A stretch of 64,000 nucleotides of DNA from Chiloscyllium plagiosum (lineage: Eukaryota), in contig NC_057718.1 of the NCBI RefSeq assembly GCF_004010195.1, forward strand, positions 26,101,341-26,165,340, read 5' to 3'. Every line of letters starts with the position of its first letter. The first letter of the stretch is position 1. Below the pieces are notes generated by a model that did not search any database, was not told the origin of the DNA, and saw only the letters and a list, made by a program, of their open reading frames with translations. This document shows positions 1 through 13,785 of the stretch, in pieces. Position numbers and translations under genes: made by a program.

Positions 1-1072
1 CTCTCCGTGTGGCTACAGCCTCTCAGCCCCGCTATCATGCCAGTAAATCTTAGGTTGTTGTAGTCATAGAATAGAGGCTTTGTGTTATCTGCTAGCTTTA
101 CAATATATTGAAATAAGAAATGGGTTGAAATCTAGTGGTAATTTGGGTTCGCTAAGTTGTCATAAATTTCACACTCATGGTATAGTAACTTTTTGCAATG
201 AACTGTTGTCACTTACTTTGATATTGTAAAGGCCAGATTTTTAAAGAGCAATTGCTTTATTTTTGATTGTGGACTGAATTGTAAACAAAATGACTGTTTT
301 ACAACAAAGGACTGAGGAAGAAATTGCTATATTTTTAAAAAAGCATGTTACTAAAACTGGTTGTGTGTGGTGTTCGCACTGCTGCTTTGTTCAAGCCATG
401 GATGAAGATGTGTGTAGGTGGCCCAGTCCCCACACAAAGTGAGATTCGGCCAGCAACAGGTTGCTTATTGGTTTGTCGAGTTGTGCCCAGTTGTAGATGC
501 CAAAGACCATCGACTTGACAATATGTATCTGCTTAGCTGAAAAGTTTGTGGGTGTGAATAATAGTGGCAGAGGCCGTGAGTCTAATCAAAGGGCAGGTGG
601 CGTGTTTCTGTATTCAGTAAAGTATCTAAAATATGTTACCGTGAAAGTGTGTGTCTGAAGAAAGCCAGTTTTTTTCCCCACCAGTTGCTGTATACTGTTG
701 CTTTTACCAATATATCAGAGACATTATAATTTGTGAAATAGTTGTTCTGTGCATCTTAAGGATTGAGAGAACCTGAGGGAAAAGATCAGCAAACTGAAAG
801 TCCTCGGAAGCAAAAACAACATTCCTTCAAGTCCTGCGAACAATTTTAAACTGTTTGTATATGATGGGTTTTAAAAAGGAGTTAGACTTTAATCCGGTTG
901 AGTTAAATGTCGACTGTTGATAGTTGTTTACCACTAGTTATAATCTATTCACCTTTAATAAACAGTACATCTTGTTAAGTACAGAAGTGTGGTCTGTGTT
1001 TTCCGGGTTCATCTGATAGGTAAACTGGGGATTTGGTATAATTTGCTAACATTTTTAAAATTTTTGAAGTGA

Positions 1073-2651
1073 CAGTGCTAAGAGGTTATTTTGCCCTGGC
1101 ATTTTATTTTGAAGAAATATTGTAAGGCAGAAGTATTGAGCTGGCTACTGAAGACCACTTGGGAAGCCCTGGGTCTTTTTTTTAAATGAGCCTGAATGTG
1201 TGTGGCCAGCTCTCATAGATCAGGATTTTTGAGTAGCATCAGAAGATATCAGGGTCTCAAAAGAGTTGGAGGCTTCAGTGAGTGTCTCCTGGCTGCTACT
1301 CTCTCAAAATTTTCTCTTGATGTTTTCCTGCTGGATTGGAGAACTGCATGTGAGAATCTGTGTCAGAAAGTGCCTTTTTGCCAACTGGTGTTTTTATGGT
1401 GTGTTCCTATATTGGAGCAGTTAATCAATAATAGTTGCCCTCTATTACTCTGTTAGGTTTTTCCAATAGAGTTAAGTTATTGAGTCATAGAGCCAAAGAA
1501 CTGTACAGCAAAGAAACAGATTCTTCTTTCTTAACTCGTCCATGCCGACCAATTGTCCTAAATTAATCTTGTCCCATTTGCCAGCATTTAGCCCAAATCG
1601 CCTTTAAATCTTTCCCCTCTCACCTGAAATCTATGGCCTCGGGTTCAAGACTCCCACACAATAGAGAAAAGACCTTGGCTATTAACACTATCCATGCCCC
1701 TCATGATTTTATAAATCTCTATATGGTCACCCCTCAGCCTCTGATACTCCAGGGAATATAGTCCCAACCTATTCAGCCTCTCCCTATAGCTCAAACCCTC
1801 CAACCCTAGCAGATGTTTTCTGAATCATTTCAAATTACACATCCTTCCTATAGCAGGAATGAAATATTCCAAAAGTGGTCTAACCAATGTCCTATATAGC
1901 CACAACATGACCTCCCAACTCCTAGACTCAATGCACTGACCTAAACAGGCAAGCATACCAAAAGATCTCTTCACTGTCCTATCTACTTGTGACTCCACTT
2001 TCAAGGAATAATGAACTTGCACTCCAAGGTCTCTTTGTCCAAGGACATAACCATTAAATGCATAAGTCCTACCCTGAGTTGCCTTTCCAAAATGCAGCAC
2101 CTCACATTTATCTAACTTAAACTCCATCTGCCACTCCTCAGCCCATTGGCCCATCTGATCAATATCCCATTGGACTCGGTAACTTTCTTCGCTGTCCATT
2201 ACACCACCAATATTGGTGTCATCTGCAAACTTACCAACCATACTCCGATGTTAACGTCCAAATCACTTATATAAATGACAAAAAACAGTGGATCCAGCCC
2301 TGATCCTGGTGGCACATGCTGCTGACAGGCCTCCAGTCTGAAAAGCAACCATTCACCACCACCTTCAGTCTCCTACCTTTGAGCCAGTCCTGTATCCAAA
2401 CAGCCAGTTCTCCCTGTATTCCATGTGATCTAACCTTGCTCACCAGTCTACTAAATTCTAAATTCCTCTTTCTGTGGTTGTATTTTAACTACAGTGTTTA
2501 AATAATTTGTGTCTTGCTTAATGTCAAGTAGTTTGACCAATCACATTGCATCTGGGATAGACACTTTACATTCACCGTTAAAACAAGTAAAGGTTAGGGT
2601 CTAGCCTACCTTCTTAAAATATTTTGAGGGGATGTGATCTGGTCCATAACA
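1073..2651 (+). mobile_element. Solo LTR-like element, split by a CR1 insertion at 1481-2452
   Basis: Non-coding repeat-like sequence that resumes after the CR1 fragment and ends in ...GGTCCATAACA (2651). The same terminus occurs at 21610 and, reverse-complemented, at about 31432. The 5' boundary is uncertain. Confidence 0.5.
1481..2452 (-). mobile_element. CR1/HER1-type LINE, 5'-truncated (RT C-terminal part + 3' UTR)
   Basis: ORF 1825..2241 has KFADDT..., W...WQMEF...KCEVLHFG, RDLGVQV and LYRTLVRPLLEY, which are CR1 RT/thumb motifs. The 3' tail is (CTATGACT)-like. Confidence 0.92.
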
Positions 2652-5600
2652 GTGATAACTCTGGAAATAGCAGGGCTTGATTTCTAGTGTGTTAACTCGA
2701 TACGGTTTGACAAATACAAGCAAAATCTAACTAACTCAATAGTGTGGAACCCGTACTGATATCCGGTTGGTCTTTGTAATCCTCTTCAGCTGAATGGAGC
2801 TGTGTCACTTCGATCCCAACAGACCAGTGTGCTGAAGGCTTGTAACTGCTTCTAGTTAGAGGCTGCATGGACTCCCATTTCTGAAAAAAAAAGCAGGTTT
2901 CTCTGATTTACCATGCACATAGAGTCATACCACACATGGTTATCTTATTATACTTTAGCAATGACGTGAAGAAATGGCATCACTCAGAAAATAGATAAGG
3001 TCATTCCTGATCTTACTGTAGCTTGCACTTTTCTCCGTTCAAGTGAATTCAAGGGAATTACAAACCAAAGCAGCCAGTGAGACCTGTTTGCTCTGTCATT
3101 TAAGAAACCTCTGTTGTGACATACGCAGTTTTGATGATCTGATTCTTTTCCACTTTCACGACTGAGTACAAAGGAATTGGTCATTTTGGGAAATAAGAAC
3201 CAAAGGGCAATTTTCAATCTCAGATAGGAGTCAAAATGATCAATGACTGAAAAGAGTAATTGCTTGTGAAAATGTAATCATTATGTACTTTGCAATTTAG
3301 ACCCAGGAGCTGAATTAGTCTTAGATACACACTGACCACAGGATTCAATATATACTGTGCCAGAAAGGAAAGACCATGAGGAACTTACTATTTTAATTGA
3401 GATTTATGTTCTAAAGGTTGGTCTGCATGGTTCTGATTATCCTGGTTTGTGATTAACAATTTACAGAAACACTTGTGTGGCAAAATTGTTTGTATCATCA
3501 AATGTTGATATGTACTTAAGAGATTGGTAGAACTTGATATCCAAGGTGGTGGGGTAGGGGATGGGGGTGCCTTGCACGCTCCCAGAACTGTGCATTGGCC
3601 TGTTAGCTGACTCTTGAGACTTATTTTTTAAGAACGGCACCTGCATGACCATCCTGGCAGCAGCTAAAAGGTTCAGAAGGAGCATGATCATGACACGATA
3701 CAGCCTTCCGAACGCACCATGGCACCAAAATGCTGAACTTTGACTACCCCAGGGCCAGGCAATGGTTTTCATGCCAGTTTATAAGCTGCAAGCACTGAAC
3801 CGTAAACTGGGTCTGCTCCGAATGTTATTCAGAGGATCAGACATCTAATGTGCAGGGAACGTAATTTATATTTCAGTAAAGTGACTGGAAGACCCTCTGA
3901 GGTATTTTGGGGCTATTGGGATAAGTTCCTGAATTCAACAGTGCGTTAATGTATCTTCAGGGAATTCACTGGCTTCTTCACATAGGTTCTAACAGATATG
4001 GGGACAGCAGTGGCAATATCTGTGATATGACAGGGAGAGGGAATAGAGAGAAAGAGAAGAAAAACTACGTGAAGCCCTGAGACTGTTTGGAACTGGATCT
4101 CTCCAAACTCATTGGAAGCCAACCCAATGCACGCAGCATCTTGCCATCAGCATTATCCTGGATATTGCCTAATCAATACTTCAGAACCATGTACAACCTC
4201 ACCCTGAGGTGCTTCGGAAATGCCCGTTAATCCTGACCTGGTTGCAGACAACTCAGAACCAGTGACTCAGCACATGTAGATCCAAGCTTCACACAGCTCT
4301 CCACAGCACATACACTGACAGCCTCTGAGCTGGTAACTGTGAGTGTCAGATCAAGTGGGATTTCTTCAACATCAGTCTGAGCTGCTGCTTTCTCTGCCTC
4401 CTTGGGCTGCTGTGACCAGGCAGGTGGCACTTCCTGGGTGTCTGAAAACAATCAATCAGAAAGTAGAAGATTGTCCTGAGGGAAGGAGGAGTGGAAAAGT
4501 GTGGGAGGTGTTTGGGGGATTTGGAAAGAACTTTATTAATGAATACATGCCCTAGCTACATTAATGCATATGTCTCCCAAGCCTGTCACTGGCGCTTTAA
4601 ACTTCACTTCAAATTACATGTGCATGTGGTCCCCCCCAACATGCAAGTGGGCATACTGCCCATTTCTGGTTCCACAGGCAGGAACCGTGACTCACATTCA
4701 ACTCCACCCTTTGAATAAGAGGAGAGAAATGAGGCATTGCAGATCATACTTACCTCTACCTGCTTGGCTTAACCAAGCATGGAAGTGACACAGATATAGA
4801 TGAGGATTTCAGCAGTAAGTGGAGTTAGGGAAGAGCGGAGACTGTTACCAGGTTAAAACTATGTGACTTTTGTGGTTAAGAGGATATTGGAGTGGAAAAT
4901 CTGTCAGGGCTTAAATGAACACTAAAGATTTCAATCTAATTCACGCTGAAGCAGTGACTCGGAGGGACCAGATACAGTTACCACGATACAATAGTTGTGT
5001 TGGGACTGACAATGGTGCATTTCCCAATGTTTAACGAGAGGATTCTCTTCCAGAACTGTTTCCTTATTTACCTGATTTACCCTTCTCTCCCTTCTTGCTA
5101 CATTTGCTATCCTGCAGTCTTTTGCTGTAGTTATGTGTCAACTGTAACACAAACAGTGGTCAGAGCAGCTGTTGTCTCTGTGCCAAGTTCTTTCAACAAC
5201 TGAAGCTACACCTCACCAGGTCTGGTGATTAATCAGCCTTGAATTCTGTTCACTTTTTTTCACAGCTATTTCTTTTTATACATTCATCTCAAATAATTTT
5301 TCCACACTTGGCTGCTGTGCTCCTTTATTTTACTTCATGATTTCCAGCCATATGAAAATTATTTATTCAAATTCTCTGCCATGCTTTTACTAAACACAGC
5401 AACTTTTCCTTAATCTTCTTGGACTTGTTCTACCTTCTTTTAACTACTCTTCTGGAGCTTACCGTTTCATTGTATATTTTCACCTCACTTCCATTTTTCA
5501 TATTCCCTTTTATTCTTACTTTAATGTTCATTTATAATCTTCCTTTACACCCTTCTAGTACACTTGCTGTATCCAATGTAAACCTTTACATTGGTAGCTC

Positions 5601-5833
5601 TAGTTTTATCATAAGTTGCTCTTTTAAATTTCAGTTTAGTTTTAAGCTCTTTCTATGTCAGGAACCTTACTCCATAATCTACTTTCTATTTGATAAGAGT
5701 CTGCTTACAGTAATCCGTTTCATTTTAGAGATTTTGCACTGCTTATTCTCCATCGCTATTGCCACTTTTCTGTCCTGTTAATTTTGACCAGACTTCTCCA
5801 TTCCACTGTGTTATTCTAGTCCATCACCCTTAT

Positions 5834-6109
5834 TGATTTGGGTGGCGCTGGAAAAGCACAGCAGGTCAGGCAGCGTCTGAAGAACAGGAGAGTTAACGTT
5901 TCGGGAATAAGCCCTTCATCAGGAAAGGGGATGGTGGTGGGGGTGGGGCTGGTGGCAAGGGTGTTGAGAGAGAAATCGGAGGGGGGTGGGGCTTATGCCC
6001 GAAATGTCGATTCTCCTGCTCCTCAGATGCTGCCTGACCTGCTGTGCTTTTCCAGAACCACACTTTTTGACTCTGATCTCCAGCATCTGCAGTTCTTACA
6101 TTCTCTTAA
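5834..6109. mobile_element. Penelope-like element terminal-repeat fragment, inverted pair
   Basis: Two inverted copies of the GCTGGAAAAGCACAGCAGGTCAGGCAGCATC repeat. Flanking ACCCTTAT at 5826-5833 and 6110-6117. Hammerhead motif on the - strand at 5895-5922. Confidence 0.85.
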
Positions 6110-7894
6110 CCCTTATCTTTATGTTCTCATGATCGGTTTTGTTTTTTTAGCTTGAGCTGCAGTTTGATGGGGTGCCTACCTTCCACTTGTTCTTCCACTC
6201 TTATATCTCATTTGTTTCAAGTCATTTCCCAAAACTGAATCACAGAGTGTGTTGTAATCTAAACAAAGTGATGACCCAATATTTATAAAGTGCACTGGTT
6301 TTGATTTCACTGCTTTACCCTTTGAAAAATTGCTCACAGTCAGTATTAGCTGAAGAGCTGTGTCTTCACTCAAGCTCAAAACAACTCATCCCACAATCTT
6401 ACTCTCTTCAAATTGTTTTTAAACTTAACAGTAAATGTCATATGCTGAGGTGTGATCATTTGCATAAATTATATCATTTTTACGATTCCATTTTTGTATA
6501 AGCCATGTGAATCAGGTCCCAGATTATTCAAATGTGTTGAATATGCATAATGCAATTCCAGCAAGTCACCACGGGTGTTTCAAAAAAAGTCTAAAATGAT
6601 AGTGATGTATAATAGGTTGCAAGATTATGCAACTTTTCTTTTGTCATGTCAACTTTTGGTGATTCTGTTTTTCAATGAGATGAATTTAGTGTGGCGAAAT
6701 GGAGGAAACCTTCTTCCATCCTGTCACAACAAAACTGCTTTAACTCCACCTTCTTCAATTGATAGTGTGAAATTTGTATCTTTGAGGCTGAATGTATATT
6801 TGTGCCAAATCATGGATAGTTTGTTGTTGTGGTTTAGTAATCTGAACTAGATTAAATATTCAGGAGAATTCAGACACTCAAGCTCTGATCTTGGCAATGA
6901 AAGAACAGCGTTCAATTCATTTTTTTCCTCCTTTTCTTCCTGAGATGTGAAAGACAACTGGCAAAGCAACATTCAGTGCACATCTCTTAGTTCTTTTAAT
7001 TCTAATGCCCTGACTGTACAAAGAGATCAACTGCATAGAGTGGACTGGAGCTCCATTAAGTCTGCATTCATGAGAGTTCGAAGATTACTCTCCTTGATGC
7101 TCATTGTGCCCACATTGTTTGAAACAAAGTCACATCAATGTCATAGCAATATTTAACCATTTCTGATGGAATATAAATAATATTGCATGATATCCACATA
7201 GTTTGATTGCGTTCCATTAATGATTCTATTTGGAGATTGCTAGGCTGCTCCAGGGATTGGCACACAATATAATCTGAATGATATACATGTACTGCAGCTC
7301 TTTATGGGAGTACATTATAAATTTAAGTGATATCCGTATTTAATTAGCTCTAACTCACAAAAATGCCAATGTCCTTTATTTCCACACACTGTCATTAAAT
7401 CTGCCCATTTCCAGATTTTAAGTTCAGCAGAACATTTTTAATCTTTATGACAGACTTGAGTCTTCCATTTCTTTGCAAACTATTCCTGCCTGATCTCTCC
7501 ATTGAAGGCTTTGTTCTACAACATGAAACGACATGTGGACCATCATTTTTTTTTAAGATAGGCCAGTGATTTACTCAGATTGATTTGTAATTTTGCCTAA
7601 ATATCAGGATTAACCATTTAAACATGATAATTTTAACCTTTCATTCATCTGTTCCCGATAATTTACTTGTCACAATATGTCTTGCTTATATTTTCTTCAA
7701 TAATTAAGTTTGTTTTGATCTTATATGATTTCAGGCAGTTCTATTGCACTTTTTCTCCCACAACCTAAAGTCAATTAGGGGAAAGTAAGTCTTTCAAGAT
7801 TTCAATTGTTATGTAGGATGATTATAAACTAAATTTCATGCATTGAGAGATGATCATTTGTTTGGCTTCAAGCACTTGATCAATAGTTATGATT

Positions 7895-8128
7895 AGGCAA
7901 AAGTGAGGACTGCAGATGCTGGAGATTTGAGTCAAGAGTGTGGTGCTGGAAAAGCACAGCAGGTCAGGCAGCATTTGAGGAGCAGGAGAATCGACCAAAA
8001 GCCAAAAGCCCTTCATCAGGAATGAGGCTGTGAGCTGAGGAGGTAGTGAGATAGATGGGTGTGGGGTGGGGCTGGAGGGAGGGTAGCTGAGAATGCAATA
8101 GGTCGATGGGGATGTGGCTAATGATTGT
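7895..8128 (-). mobile_element. Penelope-like element 3' fragment
   Basis: Same terminal repeat plus G-rich 3' UTR as in 26006-26981. TSD TCAATAGTTATGATT at 7880-7894 and 8129-8143. The hammerhead core is disrupted. Confidence 0.85.
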
Positions 8129-8310
8129 TCAATAGTTATGATTGTTCAGCTAAACATTCAGTGCATGGAGTTTCCAAAGGTAACATCAGTAGTTTAAGCT
8201 GTTAGTCGATATCTTTATTTCCCACATAACAAAAATGTATTGAATCATAAAAATGACACTTAGCCAAGAAAACTCGATTTCTTACTATGTATATTTGGGT
8301 CACCTAATCA

Positions 8311-8406
8311 TATTGAGAGTGTGGTGCTGGGAAAGCACAGCAGCACTGTCTTCGAGCACCACACTCTCGACTCTGATCTCCAGCATCTACAGTCCTCACT
8401 TTCTAC
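8311..8406. mobile_element. Minimal (96 bp) inverted Penelope-like terminal fragment
   Basis: GAGAGTGTGGTGCT...AGCACCACACTCTC inverted arms. TSD TCACCTAATCA at 8300-8310 and 8407-8417. Confidence 0.8.
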
Positions 8407-9027
8407 TCACCTAATCAGGTAATTGGTCCCATTAACTAAACCTGTGAGGCACAGTTCTTTACTAATGTCACCTGATCACCTAAAGTAACCCAGGAAATTC
8501 CATCATCTTCTTATTTCGGTCCTGCTTTGTTACAGTTAATAATCAGTCTTTCTTATCATGGATTCCAGCAGCTCAGACTCCCATGAGGCATCAGATCATC
8601 TCAGCCAGCAACTATCGATCGCATTTCCAAGCAGAAACATGCCTTAAAATATTATTTTGTATTATTCACATCACAACAACAAACTTGTGTCACAGAGGAG
8701 CATGAACTGGTACCTTTAGTTACTGAAGTTCTCTTTGGAAGGCATTATTTCTAACAATTTAAAGCACATTGTGATTTGTTGCCAAGCAGATTCTTCCATG
8801 AACAGCAAGACTAATATGATACAAAGAACTATGTAACGCCATAAAGGGGGGAATTGAATTCATCTAGTTGTCATTGTGCACAAATCCATTGAACAAAGCA
8901 TGTGCTTATTTGCATTATTTTAACAGCATCTTTTTAAATAGAAATGCAACAAATTCCTCAAAGTATATGCATCCTACTTCAATTATCATTAGCTCTGGTC
9001 AGTTTAGAGAAGGCTGAGGATAAGGTT

Positions 9028-9135
9028 TCTGATGAAAGGCTTTTGCCCAAAACATCGACTCTCCTGCTCCTCGGATGCTGCCTGACCTGCTGTGCTTTTC
9101 CGCACCACACTCTTGACTCTAATCTCCAGTATCGT
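9028..9135 (+). mobile_element. Penelope-like terminal fragment
   Basis: CTGATGAAAGGCTTTTGCCCAAAACATC (degenerate hammerhead) followed by the common terminal repeat. Near-TSD CTGAGGAT(A/C)AGGTT at 9014-9027 and 9136-9149. Confidence 0.8.
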
Positions 9136-9886
9136 CTGAGGATCAGGTTAGCTGTATTTTTCTAGTTGACCTTATGGTTTATCAACAGCCGGAAGCATGC
9201 TGTCTGATCCATTTAAAGGCCGTTTTCTAAATGTTGTGCTCGTGCATATGTTAGTGTTGACTTCTAATCCTCAGGAATCTATTTACATACTGCACTAAGT
9301 TCAGGAAGAAGAGCTCACATTGATGTAATAAATGTTCAAGTCGTTAGACAATGAATGAACTGTGAAGTGCAGTCACTGTTATGTAGCAACTAATTTGCAC
9401 TCAAGTCCTACAAAATTCAAAGAACTAAGTAATATGTTCTATTTTTGTCTGAGACAATGAAGGGTTAGCAGAAGAATTTTGGCAAGGACGACAAAATTAG
9501 TTCTATCATGTTTTTATTGCTGAGGCATAGTTGGCAGAATTCTCATGTCTAAGTCAGATGGACAAAGGTCTAACTCCTACTCTCCAGACTTGAGCACATC
9601 TTCCAGATTGACACTCTTCATGCAATTACTGAGAGAATACTGCATTGTCAGAGCACCATCCTTTAGATGACCTATTAAGGCAAGGCTCCATTTCCTCTTT
9701 CAGCACAATGTAAATGATTCCTGGGACTATTTTAAAGAAGAGCAAGGGAGCCCGCTCTAGATCCCTGGACAATATTTGTCCCTCAATCAACACTTAAGAC
9801 TGATTATCTGGGAATAATGCCTCAAAATACTGTTCATGAAATGTTGCTGTACTCAAATTGCCTACTGCATTTTCTACATTATGGTG

Positions 9887-11440
9887 AAATAGGGCTGAGT
9901 CAGCACAGTTTGTCAAGCTGTTAGAATTCTTTGAGGAGGTAATGATCAGTTTCGGCAAAAGAAAATCAGTGGAAATGACCTATTTGGATTTCCAGAAGGC
10001 TTTTGGCAAGATGCCACACAGGAGGTTGCTAGGTAAGATACGAGTCCATGGTGTTAAGGGCAAGATACTGGCATGGATAGAAGATTGGCTAACTGGCAGA
10101 AGGCAGAAGATAAGGATAAAGGGGTCTTTTTCAGGATGGCAGCTGATGACTAGTGGATATTTGCAAGTTTAGATTACTTACTTACAGTGTGGAAACAAGC
10201 CCTTCGGCCCAACAAGTCCGCACCAACCCTCCGCAGAGCAACCCACCCAGACCCATTCCCCTATATTTACCCCTTCACCTAACACTACAGGCAATTTAGC
10301 ATGGCCAATTCACCTAACCTGCACATCTTTGGACTGTGGGAGGAAACCGAGGCACCCGGAGGAAACCCACGCAGACACAGGGAGAATGTGCAAACTCCAC
10401 ACAGACAGATGCCCGAGGCGGGAATTGAACCCGGGAGTCTGGTGCTGTGAGGTAGTAGTGCTAACCGCAGTGCCATACGTGTCAGTGTTGGGACCACAAC
10501 TATACACATTATACACTAACAATCTGGGCGAAGGAATGGAGGGCATTGTTGCTAGTTTGCAGATGATACAAAAGTAGGTGGACAGACAGGTACAGTTGAG
10601 CAAGTGGGAAGGCCACAGAAGGACCTGGTCAGACTAGAAGATTGGACAAAGAAGTGGCAAATGGAATTCTATGTGGGAAAGTGTGACGTTATGCACTTTG
10701 AAGGAATAATAGAGACATAGAATATTTTCTAATCGGGGAAAAGCTTTGGAAATTTAAAGCACAAAGAGACTTGGGACTCCTAGTTCAGGAATCTCTTAAG
10801 TTTAACATGCAGATTCAGTTGGCAGTCATGAAGACAAATACAATGTTCGCATTCATTTCAAGAGGACTGTGATACAGGAGCAGAGATAAACTACTGAGGC
10901 TCTGGTCAGACCGTATTTGGAACTTTGTGAGCTATTTATGGCTCCATATTTAAGGAGTTGGACGGGGCCAGAGCTGGTTCAGAAAAATGAACCCAATGGC
11001 AAAGGGCATGTCATCTGAAGAGTAGTTGAGGACTCAGGGTCTGTACTTGATGGAGTTTAGGAAGATGAGGGGAATCTGATTAAAACTTAGAGAATACTGA
11101 AAGGTCTGGATAGAGTGGACATGAAGTAGGTGTTTCGACTTGTAGCACAGATTAGGACTCAGAGGCGCAGTCTCTTTAGAAGTGGGATGAGGAGGAATCT
11201 CTTCAACCAGAGAGTGGGGAATCTGTAAACTCATTGCAACAGAGCATGATGAAAGTCAAGGCATTGAGGGTATTTAATACAAGAGATGGATAGGTTCTTG
11301 ATTAGTAAGGAGATCAAAGGTTACAGGGAGAAAGCAGGAGAATGGGATTGACAAACAAATCAGCCATGACCTGATGGCAGAGCAGACTTGATGGGCCAAA
11401 AGGCCTAATTCTACTCCTATACCTATGGTGCTATGGCTTT
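9887..11440 (+). mobile_element. CR1-type LINE, RT region to 3' UTR, interrupted by HE1 SINE
   Basis: ORF 9942..10172 YLDFQKAFGKMPHRRLL...WIEDWLTGRRQ; SVLGPQL; 3' UTR ending CCTATGGTGCTATGG. Many stops and frameshifts. Confidence 0.92.
10169..10472 (-). mobile_element. HE1-type tRNA-derived SINE
   Basis: tRNA-like head with B-box (GGGTTCAATTCC), body TGTGTGGAGTTTGCACATTCTCCC and LINE-derived tail GAAGGGCTTGTTTCCACACTGTAAG. Five related copies lie in this window. Confidence 0.88.
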
Positions 11441-12994
11441 ATTATTAAAGTGATAATATTGCACAAAGTTACTTTTTGGCTGTAAGGTGTTTTGTAATGA
11501 CCTGAGGCCATGGAAGATGTTGTTTAAAAGCAAATGTATTGTTTTTTTGTTTATAGTGGTATGCCAGAACAGGCAAACAAAGCCTTGATACAACACCTTA
11601 CTTGAGAGATGATACTTCTGAGTTTGAAAATGCAATGCAGACAAAAACCTAAAACAATAAATCGGATATTCTGTTTCAGTCAGTTCACATTGGCATTTAG
11701 CCTCCTTTTTGCAAGTATTCCTAATCATGTTTATTACCCCGTTCTCATCTGTCCATAATTTTTGCAAGTTAAAATCATTACTGTCTTAGCAATTAGTTCT
11801 GGCATTGAATTTTACAGACTTTGGGAGAAGGTGTGAAAAGATTTCTCCTACCCATTGTCCCAAATAAACAATAGCAAAACCTTTCTTTTATTTATCACTT
11901 CAGCAGGACGTTACAATTATAACAGCTTTAAAATTGCTACATTTTGGGACTCATTTAAACCAAAATTAAGAAGGTTGTCTGATCTGTTCTGTAGTCTGTC
12001 TGACAATAAAACTGGATGATGAGGTTGTTGGAGATTAAAGAGGCACTTGTCATACACTGAGGTGAAGGTGCAAACTGTTTACACTTGGAGATATTGGTAG
12101 CAGTCTTTGTATTGACAGTGAATAGACTGCAAGTCTCCAAACTCTCAGAGAATGGTGAGAATGTTGAGTTGTAAGCAATGTGCTGGGACCCTGTTCACTT
12201 ATTTCCAACATGAAAGAGCATTTAGGTGTCAAGGATAGCTACTCAATATTTCAGGCTGCATGTGATGTCCGTGTGAAACACATAACCATGGAAATAGACT
12301 TTGACAGACAAAATGTCTAAAGACATCTGTAAAAATTCAGTGACCAGGTTAGATTGCCAGGGTTACTAGAGAGTAAATAAGCAAAGGAGTGAGTGAGAGA
12401 AGAGGCTAAATGTCTTTGTGGTGCAAGTTCATGCTTGTATTAGAAAGACTGAATCATGAGGAGTTACATCAGGGCTGGAAGCTTTGCCTCGCTTTGCCTA
12501 GAGAAATCTCCAGGAAAATTCTTAATGTGAAAAATAGTTCTGCAGTTAAAAGATTGCAGACCCGGAAAAGGAAAGATCTGTAGTCTATTTGGGAGCTAAG
12601 AATAATTTTAGAAAGCTTCTGGGAGATTTGAATCTGTAATGCAGAGTTTACCTGTGAAGGGTGTGTTTTTGATAGTCTACAATAATCTAAATTATGTTGC
12701 CTTGGAAAATAGGGTTTAGTCAGGAGTTCCTTTTATTCTGTTTGTTACAGTAAACATAAAATGTCATCCACTCAGTTTTCAATCAAAAGCCTGGATTTGA
12801 ATTGCTGTTACATATATTATCTGTCTCTACGGTGATTGTACTGCAAGATAAAACAGCCCAACGCATTTCACAGGAGCATTAACTTTATTCAATTAACAAA
12901 ACTCAAAAAAGAAATATTAGCGTAAATGCCCAATAGCTTAATCATACAAATAGGTATAAAGTAGCTGATTTAAAGAGGAAAGAGAGATGAAGAT

Positions 12995-13785
12995 TTAATG
13001 TGAAGTGCTACATTTTGATAGGGCAAATCAGGCCAGTACTTATACAGTTAGTTATAAGTTCCTGGGGAGTGTAGCTGAACAGAGAGACCTCGGAGTGCAG
13101 GTTCATAGTTCCTTGAAAGTGGAATCACAGGTACACAGTATAGTGAAATAGGTGTTTGATATGCTTGCCTTTATTAGTCATTGGATATATGAGTTGGGAG
13201 GTCATGTTGCAGCTGTACAAATATTGGTTAGCCACTTTTGGAATACTGCATTCAGTTCTGGTCTCCCTGCTATAGGAAAGATGCTGTGAAACTTGAAAGG
13301 GTTCAGAAAAGATTTACGAGGATGTTGCCAGAGTTGGAGAGTCTGAGCAATAGGGTAAGGCTGAATAAGTTGGGGCGACTTGACCTGGCATGTTGGAGGC
13401 TGAGGGTGACCTTATAGGAGTTTATAAAATCATGAGGGGCATGGATAATGTGAATAATGAAGGCCTTTTTCCCATGGTAGGGGAGTCCAAAACTAAAGGG
13501 TATAGGTTTAATGTGAAAGGGGAAAGATTTAAAAAGAACCTAAAGGTTAACGTTTTACACAGAGGGTGGTGCATATATGGAATGAACTGCCAAGGAAGTG
13601 GTGGAGGCTGGTACAATTACAACATTTTAAAGATATCTGGGTGGGCATATGAATAGGAAGGGTTTAGAGGGATAAGGGCCACATGCTGGTAAATGGAGCT
13701 AGATTAATATGGGATATCTGGTCAGCATTGTCAAGTTGGACTGAAGGGTCTGTTTCTATGCTAAACATCTCTACGACCCCATGAA
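12995..13785 (+). mobile_element. CR1/HER1-type LINE 3' fragment
   Basis: Encodes degenerate CEVLHF...RDLGVQVH...LLEYCIQFWSP...GDLIGVYKIMRG. 3' UTR GGACTGAAGGGTCTGTTTC. Confidence 0.9.

Larger units (their letters stand above)
9525..11540 (+). mobile_element. Deu-domain SINE (SacSINE1/AmnSINE-like), split by a CR1 insertion (about 9887-11440)
   Basis: 9570-9880 matches the Deu-SINE core from memory (TACTGAGAGAATACTGCATTGTCAG...GAAGAGCAAGGGAG...AATATTTGTCCCTCAATCAAC...GATTATCTGG). The 3' tail (TTGGCTGTAAGGTGTTTTG...CCTGAGG) resumes at about 11455. Confidence 0.7.

Noticed and set aside
5419..5781. 120-aa hydrophobic ORF
   Set aside because: T-rich composition explains the lack of stops; it has a non-ATG start, no domain and no splice context.
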